Source of the DNA: Eledone cirrhosa
Lineage: Eukaryota
NCBI GenBank assembly: GCA_964016885.1
Contig: OZ024746.1
Coordinates: forward strand, 10,044,001 to 10,108,000
Direction: 5' to 3'
Length of the DNA: 64,000 nucleotides
A model generated the notes under the pieces. The model did not search any database. It saw only the letters and a list, made by a program, of their open reading frames with translations, and had not been told where the DNA came from. Of this stretch, positions 28,392 through 40,167 are shown in pieces. Within the stretch, counting starts at the first letter, position 1; every line of letters starts with the position of its first letter. The position numbers and the translations under genes are program-made.

Positions 28392-28440
28392 CTAAAATAT
28401 ACCAAGAGGGTTATATAATTCACCTTCTCATTAGAAAAAA
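27666..28440. repeat. Nested ~780-bp fold-back palindrome
   Basis: 27666-27720 is the reverse complement of 28386-28440; then (CT)n/(AG)n and (TA)n; inner arms 27988-28118 and 28168-28300. Confidence 0.92.
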
Positions 28441-29013
28441 AGGATGGTATATATATGTATGATATTATAATATTATGTATGATATTATAATATTAATATT
28501 CGGTTTGTTTGCAAGTAGACAGCCTCATTAACCCCATATGGGTTTTCTAGATGACCAACGTCATCCTTTTGTTCCAGCAGTAGCTGAAAGAAAACAGTCA
28601 ATAATTGTTTCAGAGTTATTTCCCCTTATCAAGACTGTATCCGCATCACTGCTACTTGCTGGAATGACTGAGTATTACATAGTATTCTCAAATGTAGATA
28701 TCAGCTGATTAGCCCAATTTGCATACCGAGTGATTTTATGGCCTGCTTTTGCTGAATACATTTAGGCATCCACCATGTTAAGAGTGAAAACAAATTAAAC
28801 ATATAAATATATGTGTGTGTGTGTATATATATATTTATATGTATATATATATAGTGAAAAGTTAGTGCCCAATTGCTAAGTCCATGCTGTTTCAACAGCA
28901 AACGGTTTGAGCTCAGCCATCAAACACTAACTTTTCACTATACATACACTGTACTTGCCTAAATATCAAGTACGTAGCTGAATGTGGTCTTATTAGTATA
29001 AACTGATAACTCT

Positions 29014-29048
<35 letters not shown>

Positions 29049-29051
<3 letters not shown>

Positions 29052-29392
29052 TCATCATCATCATTTCATTTTATGTCCGCTTTTCCCTGCTTGCAAGGGT
29101 GGGACGGGAACTGATTCTGGCTTGATTTCTACAGCTGGATGCCCTTCCTAAAACCAACCTCATTTACAGTGAGTGCTGGGTGCTTTTTTGCTGTGGCACC
29201 TCCACGACCACTTTGCAGTGGAATGATATGGACCCCAGTCCCTATCATCTCATTTCTACAGCTGAGTAAACTGGAGCAATGTGAAATAAAGTGTCCTGCT
29301 CAAGGAAACAACACATCACCCGGTCTGAGAATTGAACTCACAACCTTTCGATTGCAAGGCCAATGCTCTAACCACTAAGCCATGTGCCTCCA
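29049..29392 (-). mobile_element. Full-length tRNA-derived SINE with RTE-B type tail
   Basis: Minus-strand head ggaggcacatggcttagtggttagagc..gagttcaattctc, body, and tail cccacccttgcaagcagggaaaagcggacataaaatgaaatgatgatg. Confidence 0.9.
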
Positions 29393-29429
29393 TTATATAT
29401 ATATATATCCATATGTGATTGATGGCTGT

Positions 29430-29592
29430 GAGAAAGGAATACTCAATACCGAAGTAGAGTTTTAATATGCATTTATATTAAGGCTAAAAAGTGAGTCTTG
29501 TTACTGTGGAGTTTCACCTGTTTATCACTATAATAAACAGGCGAAACTCCAGTGTAACAAGACACACTTTTTAGTCTTAATATAAATGAATA
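29430..29592 (-). mobile_element. Fold-back mini-element, subfamily I
   Basis: ~60-bp arms; tail actctacttcggtattgagt on the minus strand. Homologous copy at 3680-3855. Confidence 0.75.
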
Positions 29593-30045
29593 TATATATA
29601 TAATACTTTCTGAAGTGGATCAAATAGAAAGCACGCTTAAATAAGATACTCAATACATTAGTAGAGGAGATACATATTTATTTCATATAGAAATTACGTC
29701 TACATAGCTAGCTCTGTTTCATTCATTTGAAATCATGAAGATTATTTCAAACAAATAAAAGAATTCTAGTCCTGTAAAAGTCATTTTATATGAAATAAAT
29801 AAATATTGTTTGTGTGCCTGCCTATCTATCTATCTCTTTAATTACAAAATTTAGACTGAATACTACAAAGTAATGAAAATATTTATTAATTAGAATGCTG
29901 CTGCTACTACTTCATAGTCAGTTGAACTTTCTCATGGTGCCTATTTGCAAGCTAAATCAAACTGCAACACTAATCAAAAGACATTTACTTCCTTTATTCT
30001 AATCAGAACTATCAACTTGGTCAATTTCAACTTGATTTTTTTCTT

Positions 30046-30415
30046 TTAACCCTTTCATGACCACATTTCTTATTAAATACACTCTCCTTCAATTAATTAA
30101 TGAAGAATTTTGAGGGATTTCTTCTTCTTCTTCTTCTTCTTCTTCTTCTTCTTCTTCTTCTTCTTCTTCTTCTTGAGAGGGTTGTAGGGGCAGAGTCCTT
30201 AAACATTTCTTCTAGTGGGTCCTGAGAAGCAACTGTCTCCAACTGATCTGGCTGGATCCAGGGATTTATTTAAATTATTAATTAATTCAATAGTAAGATA
30301 GTAACTTAATGTAAGATTCGTATATAAAATTATGTTGGAAGAATTTAATATAAATCAGAAACCTTTAAAATGAGTGACTTATTTGCTTTTAGCCAGATTG
30401 GTAACAAAAGGGTTA
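30046..30415. mobile_element. Old piggyBac-like MITE family 2, interrupted by an RTE-type fragment with (CTT)n tail (30121-30260)
   Basis: ttaacccttt..aaagggtta ends; agggattt duplicated around the insert. Relatives at ~36391-36625, 37207-37371 and 55987-56239. Confidence 0.65.
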
Positions 30416-31299
30416 CTACAAGTCCATGCTATTTAAATGCCAATCTTGTTCTTTAAAATATCGTAGTTTGTAATTGCTTATAAACAGCAATCTACACATT
30501 CGATTCCATTTTAGAAAGGAATCGATCATTCTTACATATATGTTAATGTCAGAACTTTCTTTTATTTTAGAAATATTGATAGGAAAATAATTTGTTTGCA
30601 CTTGTTTGAATATTCCAATTTTGCTAGGAAGACTTTAGATGGAAGACTCTTTTCATCTTGTATAAAATGTTTCAGTCACATTTGCAACCAAATCAATCAA
30701 TATTAGATTATGCTCTACAAAATAATATGATCATATCTTTTTCCACTAGTGCACTAAATAATATTTTTTGCATCATTACACTACACTGTACTATATCATT
30801 GCTATTCCATTACCATTGTCATTATACATTCTATTACCATCACAAGATTATCTTATCTACCCGACCTACCTCTGTTATTTCCATTATCATACATTTACCA
30901 TACATTTTATACATCATTGTCATAGCATTTTATGACAAAATAATAACATTTGATCACTAATATATCACATAATTGTAACATGTAATATCATTTTGCCCAC
31001 ACTTAATATCATAACATAAACTTATATCATTTTCATATTGTTCTCCACCTCCTAAATACCATACCATTATTTACAATTTGCTTTTACCTTGTAAATTTCA
31101 TTGGTCATTGGTTTTAAATAACCATCTATAATCCTTTCAATGTCATATTATTTGGGGGGGGGGGGGGAATAATCATCATCACCATCATCATCATTTATTA
31201 CAAGTTATTCAAATATTCCCTACAAAAGCAATTGTGATTATAACTATTTTACATGGGGTTGGAGATTTCTGGTTTATCCTTATCTTTTTGTGGCAATAG

Positions 31300-31339
31300 G
31301 GGGCAAGCTGATGTCAAAGATCAAGAAGCAGAGACTTTA
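31300..31339 (+). CDS. Candidate 40-nt linker exon (+GQADVKDQEAETL)
   Basis: Acceptor tatctttttgtggcaatag and donor TTA|gtatgt. Purine-rich and acidic, phase 2 to 0, and in frame with exon 36172. Confidence 0.4.
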
Positions 31340-32174
31340 GTATGTAAACCCAAAGATGAAAAATCCACCTGCTACAGAAATAAAACTATGGAAAAAATAA
31401 ATCAACAAGATCAATCAATTAGTAACTTCAAATCGTCACAGCCCTAAAAAATAATAAAAAATCACTTTCAATAGAAAACAATATTTTTTCTACCCTGCTA
31501 TCAACCATTTTCTATTTTAAAATCACATCATTTTTTTTTTTTTTCTTGAATATTTTTCTTTTTTTGCATTCAACAATTTATCACACTGCACTCACCTCAC
31601 ATTTTCTCATTTCTTCCCTCCTAACTGCTTATGCATAGATTTATTTTTTCTCCATTATTAATGGAATCTACTGTCTTTCAGTTGTTCACAATTGTATACC
31701 AACATATGCTATTGTGGCTGGCTAATTTTTTCCTGTTTTTAATTCAGATTCAAACACACATATTCACTTTTTTCTGCATTTCTTATTAAAAGTGATTGAC
31801 TAAAATATATATAATCATTCTTCATACTTTTTTTCCTAAATTATATACACCTTTTAATATTATCCATAATTGTTTCTGATTTGTTTTTATGTGTATTCTT
31901 GTTTAAATTATTTAAGCTTTTAATTTCATCATTTTTAAATGGAAGTGAAAAAAAAGTAAAGATATGTCTATAAAATTCACATGAAGAAATGAAGAAGATT
32001 TGAAAAATATGTATTTATCTAATTCCAGATTTACATTTAGAAACAAAATTATTTTCATGTATAATTATGTTGATTTTGTTTGGAGATATTTTGCTGAATA
32101 TTTGAATTGAATTTTCTTTCCCCCAAAAAGCATTTTTTTTACAATTTTTCATTTACTATTTAAATTATATTCAT

Positions 32175-32250
<76 letters not shown>

Positions 32251-32564
32251 ATGCATATATATTATATATCTGTACACATATATTACATGTGTATATATAT
32301 ATATTACATATGTATATATATATTACATATGTATATATATATATATTACATATGTATATATATATTATATATACATACATATATTATATGTGTGTATATG
32401 TTATAGATATATGTATAAATATATATTACATATGTATATATATATTATATATACATACGTATATTATATGTGTATATATGTTATAGATATATGTATATAT
32501 ATTACATATACATGCGTATATTATATGTGTATATATGTATATGTATATATATATTATATATTAC

Positions 32565-32595
<31 letters not shown>

Positions 32596-32713
32596 CATGC
32601 ATATATTATATGTGTATATATGTTATAGATATTACATATATATATATATATTATATATGCATATATATATTATATATGTATATATATTATATATTATATA
32701 TTATACATGTATA

Positions 32714-32766
<53 letters not shown>

Positions 32767-32839
32767 GCATATATATATTATATATGTATATATATTATAT
32801 ATTATATATGTATATATATATTATATATGTATGTGTGTG

Positions 32840-32985
<146 letters not shown>

Positions 32986-34469
32986 TAGCTTTATTTTGGC
33001 TTGTAGCATTATTTATATTTCAGTAAAACAGAATTTATTCATAATAACGTTTCTGGTTGAAATTCATTCATTCCATTTTATTTTGTTTGTTTTTGTTTTG
33101 TTTGTTTTACATTTTTTTATTATTTTATTCAATTAAACACTCCATTTATTTACTCTTTTGACATTAGCAATCTTCTAAATGACATGAATTATATTCTATG
33201 ACTAACTCTACTCTCAAGAGGACATATATCAATAATTTTTGGTTTTGAGATTTGTAAATTCAAACTTAATTTATATTTTATTATACACCAAAGGTTTAGA
33301 AAGAAAAGAAAGCATTTTGATTTTTGTTATTTTGGGTTTGTTTTTTGTTTTTTTAGTGAATATGTTACTGTCCCCAAGCATTAATTGTCTAATCATTTAA
33401 AAGGTTATAAGGCATTGCTAACCATAGTTGATATAATTATTTTATAGTAACTACTAATAGATAATTAGTGCTCTGTTGTAGCTCAGAAATATCAACATTA
33501 GATGATTTTCTATACTTTTATTCTTTCATTGGTTTCAGTCATTAAACTGTGGCCATGCTGGGAACTTAGTCGATTATATCGACCCCCAGTACTTATGTTA
33601 TTGATCTGTTTCTTTGTCAGAACACTATAATATGGGACATAGACACAGACACAACAAATATAAACAAAAATATGAACACATACAAACTTACATATATATA
33701 TGTATTTATATATAGAGAGAGATATATGTGTGTATATATATGTGTATACACACACACATGTATATCATGACTCATACACTATTCACTTCCCTGACATTTG
33801 TACATTATTTTATGTACTATACATGCACCTTTGATGAGTTGTAATGCACCTGAGCACTGTACACAATAATTTCATTATTATTATTATATAAAAGTACCAG
33901 TAATACACTGGGTAATTACTGGCCTTGTGCCAAAAGTAAAAACAATTATTATATATGTGTATATATATATATGGCTGGCTTCTATAATTCAAATTCAACT
34001 CACAAGACATTGGTCAGCCTGAGGTTATAGCAGAAGCTATTTGCCCAATGTGCCATATGGTAGGATTGTAACCAAAGGCATGTGATTTTGAATAGAAATT
34101 CTTAACCCGACAGCCAAGTCTTTTTGTGGACTTTAGTTGCTTTTTATTTAAGAAACAACTAAACATATACATAACATTAAAATTCAGTTCAGTTGTTGTT
34201 CCAAATTTATAAAACAATTTTGCTTGGATTGCTGATTCAACAGAGTAGCATGGCTTTTTTTTCCTTTAGACTAGTAACTTATAATTATTTTTGTTTCTTG
34301 TACTATTTTTTTAACAGGTATATTTCAATATATGAAAAGGTCATAACACCTACATACATAAATATGTGTGTATAAATGTGTATGCATGTGTGTTTGTATA
34401 TATACATGTGTATATGTATATATATACATGTATATATATATATATATATATGCATGTATATGTATCTAT

Positions 34470-34507
<38 letters not shown>

Positions 34508-34510
<3 letters not shown>

Positions 34511-34697
34511 AAAATGTTCAAGACCTCGACGGCAGAGCTCAAGCCGTTTCGACGGCTATTTGAAATAGCCGTCGAAACAGCTTGACCTCTGCTGTCGGGG
34601 TCTTGAACCTTTTCCTATTACCCACTCTACTACTCTAAGTATTGAGTTATCTGGTGCATTGTGGTCCACCTGGTTCCTTACCACACTTCCTTCCTTA
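34508..34697 (+). mobile_element. Fold-back mini-element, subfamily II (longest arms, ~53 bp)
   Basis: taggaaaatgttcaagacctcgacggcagagctcaagccgtttcgacggctattt-g-aaatagccgtcgaaacagcttgacctctgctgtcggggtcttgaaccttttccta, plus the conserved tail. Confidence 0.8.
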
Positions 34698-35514
34698 TAT
34701 ATATATATATATACAGTTTTGTACTTATATATATATATATATATATATATATAAGTACAAAATTGCATGCAAAAAGTAGATTTACATGAGTGAGTAGTGA
34801 ATCATTTTATGTCACAGGGGTAAACTGCAAGTTCTAAATATCCTTTGAGGGAACATTTGTTTCAAGAAAATAAGGAATCTTTAGTTTTATAAATTTAGCG
34901 GTATGTAATACAGGTTAGATAACTTGGTGGGGGGGGGGGTATAAACTTTTTGGCAGGCAATAATAGAAAGTTCATCAGGGTACACTTTAAAATCTGAATA
35001 TGGGTAAACTTGTATCCACCTAATTTATTTAGTTTCAATGTTAACCTGTCAAGGAGATATTTGGATTAGCTAAAATAATATAACTGATTTTTTTTTTTTT
35101 TGGTGGGTGGGTGGGTGGATATTTAATCTTTCAATTTCAAACATATTTTCTAGGTTTTTTTCTGATTTTCTTGCTAATAGTAGGAATAGTATTTGTGATT
35201 AATAATATCTATATATAGAGAGAGAGAGTGTGTGTGTGTGTAGTGTTTTGTTTGAAGGCTACCACAATATGAATTGGATGATAAATGTTAAAAATATGAT
35301 AACAAAGAGGATGTGATGTTACCTTGCAATTCTTTATATTTCTAACAATAGTGGCCTAAGAGTGACAACAAATGTACAGCTTTGAAGAAGTTTCTTCTAT
35401 TTTTTAACACTTACCATCCAATTCACATTGTGGTACTGTGGTATCTTTCAAATAAAACAATGTTTTTTACATTTTACACAATGCTTCAAGCGAACTACAA
35501 CTCTCTCTTATATA

Positions 35515-35778
35515 TCATCATCATCATCATCACCGTTTTACGTCCATTCTTCCACGCTAGCATGGGTTAGACGAGTTGTCCTGTTGTGGGCAGTGTCCGG
35601 TCGGGTGATCTTGTCTTGCTCATACGAGAACTGATTCTGGCTTGATTTCTACAGCTGGATGCCCTTCCTAGCACCAACCGTGGTGGGTGCTTTCTTTCCG
35701 TGGTGCCTACACGTCCACTTTACAGTGTGGGCTGGGTGCTTTTTTGCTGTGGCACCTCCACGACCACTTTGCAGTGGA
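35515..35778 (-). mobile_element. RTE-A-tailed element 3' fragment
   Basis: (CAT)n tail and the shared module cagctggatgcccttcct. Confidence 0.85.
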
Positions 35779-36171
35779 TATATATATGTATATATATATA
35801 TATACATACATATGTGTGTATATATATATATATAAAATGATGATGATGATGATGATGATGATGTGTATATATATATGGCAAATGTTCATGAAGAACATTA
35901 ACAAAATATCTGCAATAAAGGAATCTTTCATCATATAATATCCACTAGTTTGAGGAACTTAGATTTTAATACATTGTATCGATATAGTATTTACTGTTAC
36001 AAGATGTTTAGAATTATTAGACACATAAAACTATATAGAACAAGAAACATTTGCTAAATGAAACATTAATTTCTATAAATTAGTCCTTGAGAGCCTTTAA
36101 AATGGTTAAGTATTTAATCAACCATCAATGAATGCATGTTTAAAACCATTGTCTCTGATATATCCTTACAG

Positions 36172-36260
36172 AACTGCGTTTGTTCATGGTGTCCAGAACC
36201 CAAAGGATGTTTTAAAGAAAGGGAAGAATATGTGCTTTATGTGCTTTCACCTTCAAACAC
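36172..36260 (+). CDS. Cav3: Cav3 T-type calcium channel exon, end of II-III linker (NCVCSWCPEPKGCFKEREEYVLYVLSPSNT)
   Basis: Acceptor tatccttacag and donor AC|gtaaaa. 89 nt, phase 0 to 2; AC+G joins the next exon in frame. Peptide resembles the pre-IIIS1 segment of invertebrate Cav3. Confidence 0.85.
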
Positions 36261-37431
36261 GTAAAAATCTTTTTTCTGTTATCTTTATGCTTTAGTAAAT
36301 TTACAACATAAATTTTTATCATAATGTTTGCTTCACCTTTTCCCCATTGCTTTTAAATGGTGGCAACTGGAAAGTTCAGGTTGATATCTGTAAACCTTTT
36401 GTGTGTGTATTGTTAATAAAATACTCTGTGCTTCAATTAATTAGTGGAGAATTTTGAGGGTTTACTTAAATTATTAATTATTTTATTACTAAGATAGTAA
36501 CTTAACATATGGTTCTTGTATAAAATTATGTTAGAAGATTTTAAATTTAAATAGAAACCCTTTAAAATGGATCGTTTTGTTTTATAGAACCAAAGTTTGT
36601 CTTAGCTGGGTTGGTATCAAAGAGATTCACATATTTTTGGAATTCAAACTCTTATTTTAACCTTGTATTCCTCTCTTAACACTTTTGTTACCATATTTCC
36701 ATAGAAATATATTTTTTAATTAATATTAAAATAATCAGTGATTTGGACAGATTTTATATAGTAATATTGTTATTATTAAGTTGGTGTCTGTAATTATACA
36801 AAACATATACAGAACTATGATGGGCACTTTTGATTTATTCATGAACATTTTATATCAGAAGTAGGGACATTCTTAGTTAAGTTGTGATCAAAGTGTTAAG
36901 TAAGACCCATGTCTGTTTTTGTTTGAAATTAATTGAAAAGTCTGAACACTTCAACTGTACAAGTGATGAGCTAAGTAAAATAATTGGTGGTAACAACATC
37001 GCTCCAACAATCAAAATATGTTCAAAGTATACTAACATGAAAAATTTCTTAAAAACACCCACTAAAAATAGAATATTATTTAAAAGAATTCATATCTTAA
37101 ATTTTTTTTTTAAATCTAATATATCTGCTTCTGCTGCTGCTGGTATACATTTTTAAAATATATATTCATATCATAATTTCTTTTTTTGGTGGGTGGGGAC
37201 CTTTTCTATCATAATTTTATATAAAAACCTTTTGCTAAGTAATACATCAAAGAACAAAGAAAGAGTTGTATTACTAAATCCCTAAAACTTCTTGATTATT
37301 TTCAAAATGAGAAGAGAAGTTGAAAACTATAACCAGTGTCTTTCATTAGAAATATGGTAACAAAAGGGTTAAATTTGCTTACATGGTTAAATAAATTCAG
37401 ACATTTCTATAAAATGCTGAAATGTTTAAAT

Positions 37432-37650
37432 AATGGTTTCTTATATAGGCACAAAGTCAACAATTTGGGGGGAGGGGAAAGTCGATTAAATCGACCCCAG
37501 TGCGTGACTGGTACTTTATTTTATCGACCCCGTAAGGATGAAAGGCAAAGTTAACCTCGGCAGGATTTGAACTTAGATCATAAAGGGCCGTAACTCTATG
37601 CTGCACAGCATGTCGTCCGACCCTCTCCCGATACTGCCAATCCATTGCCC
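37432..37650 (-). mobile_element. Nin-like SINE with ~18-bp TSD
   Basis: tgaaatgtttaaataatg on both flanks. Confidence 0.92.
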
Positions 37651-37989
37651 TTGAAATGTTTAAATAATGAATGTTCTTAATGTTTACCACTCAATCATTA
37701 AAATGAAGTGTAAGTTATTATGTAGCTGGTGTAGTCAAACGCAGCTATGTGATTTAATTAGAACTCATTACTCTGGCCATGGGGAAGTTTTATGTCATAA
37801 CTTACATGGCTTAACTATATAGCCCCCCCCCCCACACACACACACACACACACACGCACATGCACCGACACAAACATTTATAAATTATAACTTATGTGAC
37901 TTAACTATTTAGCCCCTACATTTATAAATTCTGAAGTAATGAATGTTTCATCAAGGATAAGCACATATTTATGTCTTCTTAAGGAAATA

Positions 37990-38212
37990 CCATATATATT
38001 CAAATATAATCTGAAGAATATGTGACCAAAAAATCAAATCTATGGTAAAATGGGGGGCTGGAGGGTCAGCTTATATTCGCCATCTAAACATTATGTTGAT
38101 TAACTGCCTCAGCTTTTAAATTGGCATTTGGATTTTTGCGTAATTTTCAGACATAAGATAGGGTGGGGGAGTTGGCTTATATTTAGATCAACTTATATTC
38201 GAGTACATATGG
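37990..38212. mobile_element. Tc1/mariner (pogo/Tc2-like) MITE
   Basis: TA-ccatatatattcaaatataa ... ttatattcgagtacatatgg-TA. Confidence 0.7.
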
Positions 38213-38499
38213 TAATTAGATAGGATTATCTAAACACAAGAATTTGAAGGGCAACCTACATTCCCTTATAATATACTGTTGCTGATACTCCATTGCTCCA
38301 TTATTTGAATCTCTCATTCTTTATGCTTTATAATTCATAGTTTCATTCATTTCATGATAAACTGATTCATGCATTTTTTAGATTTGTCAATCAATGCAAT
38401 TAACCTGAGTCAGTACTGACTATATGATAATGGAAATACAGAAAATCTTATACTATTTCAGTTTTGTTAAAATCATTTATAAACTATACTCTTTGTGAT

Positions 38500-38752
38500 A
38501 TCAAAAGTGACACAGAGGAGACTGAGGTTAGCTGGACATGCTCACCGACATCCAGAGTTGACATTGCACTCAGTGCTCCTTTGGGAGCCCCTACATGGAC
38601 ACACTAGAAGAGGAATACCAAGGTTAACGTATGTTGATGCCCTAAGGACAGACACTGGTCTGTTGGAGACGCAGGACATGGCAGCGATAATGAGGGACAG
38701 AGACCGCTGGAGAGAACTCGTCCATGGATCTCGGGAATTTTACCCGCCTTAG
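38500..38752 (+). mobile_element. RTE-type LINE (family D) 3' end
   Basis: Peptide RRLRLAGHAHRHPELTLHSVLLWEPLHGHTRRGIPRLTYVDALRTDTG..RDRDRWRELV. Second copy at 61309-61585. Confidence 0.9.
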
Positions 38753-39785
38753 AATATATGAATATCAATAAAATCTAGCACTTGACCGACAGGATGTTTT
38801 GATGATGAGCATTCAGCTGTTTGATCAACTAAATGCCCTAGTTATTAAATTAACATGTAAATGGCTGAGTATTCCACAGGTACATGTATGGTATAGTCCC
38901 ATAACACCTATGGAGTCATAGGGTGCCATAATACCATACAATATTTCTAGGGCAATTTTAAAACCTGGCAGAGCCCATCCCTCTCCAGGTCTGAACACAA
39001 CAGATTTCTTTCTGAGAAGGATAGAAAGTGAGAGAGAGGAAGTAAGAAAGAGATTTAGAGGAAGAATTGACCCCAGTACTGGTACCTTTTCTATCAACCT
39101 CAAAAAGATGAAAGGCAAAGTTGACCTCAGCGGGATTTGAACTCAGGGAGCAGGAACAAATACTGTAAACCATTCTATCCAACATTCTAATAACTCTGCC
39201 AATTCGTTGCCTGTACCATTAACATAATTCTCAGGAAGAAACAGCATTATATAATAAGTGACAAGGCTGTATCTTTGAATTACAGGTACAATTCATCCAA
39301 AGGACTTCCACACACTTTCTGTCAACACAACTTCTCTCATAGATAATATGCTGTGGAACTGAACCCAGGCTTTCATGGTTATTAATAATCCTGTGTAGTG
39401 CTAATGGGAGTAGTTCTCTATTTTCTGTATACTGATTGGTATGTCTGAGTAGATACAGGAACAGTTGAATGGTTAAGAAGTTCACTTCATAATCATGAGT
39501 TCCTAAGTTTGATCCCACTACAAGGAAACATCAGGTTGACCAAAGCTTTGTGAATGAAATTGCATAGACAAAACTGTGTGGAAGTCCATTAGATGGAGTG
39601 TAAATACACTCTATCTAATGTCTAATTTAATGATCCAGCTTTGTCATATTGTATCATGCTGATTCTGCCTGAAAATTATGTTATGGTTACACATGTCTGT
39701 GGAATACTCAGCCATTAAAGCACTAATCAAACAACTGGATGTTGATTGTTGAAACCAAAGGAAGATCCATCATACATTGAGTTAA

Positions 39786-39967
39786 CCCTTTAGCATTTAA
39801 ACTAGCCGTATCCAGCCAGAATTCTCTCACTTCTTTCTGCTCAAACCAGCTGTAACTGGCCACTCAAATAAATAACATCAAAATCTCATAGATTCAATAT
39901 TATGTGAGATAAAACCTTTACCATTAAAATATAATAGTATATATAGAGTAATGTAAATGCTAAAGAG
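39786..39967 (-). mobile_element. piggyBac-like MITE family 1
   Basis: TTAA flanks; reverse complement of the 11539 copy with internal deletions. Ends 76 nt before exon 40044. Confidence 0.85.
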
Positions 39968-40043
39968 TTAAAGGTAAAGTAAAAATTTATTTTATAAAGA
40001 TGTGGTTTTCTTTTTTTGTCAATTCTAATCTGTTTTATTTTAG

Positions 40044-40167
40044 GTTAAGAAGATTGTGTCATCATATGATTTCAAGACGCTGGTTTGACTACTCAGTTCT
40101 CTTTTTCATTGCTCTGAATTGCATAACACTTGCAATGGAAAGACCAAACATCTCATCTAGTAGCACA
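40044..40167 (+). CDS. Cav3: Cav3 exon, domain III S1 (LRRLCHHMISRRWFDYSVLFFIALNCITLAMERPNISSSST)
   Basis: Acceptor tgttttattttag and donor ACA|gtaagt. 124 nt. Contains the LNCITLAMERP motif typical of Cav3 IIIS1. Confidence 0.96.

Noticed and set aside
28538-28708. Short ORF MGFLDDQRHPFVPAVAERKQSIIVSELFPLIKT.. in unique sequence
   Set aside because: No convincing donor site or recognisable homology, so it cannot be supported as an exon.
29340-29392. tRNA gene
   Set aside because: The tRNA-like head is continuous with a multi-copy SINE body, so it is a SINE promoter region and not a tRNA.
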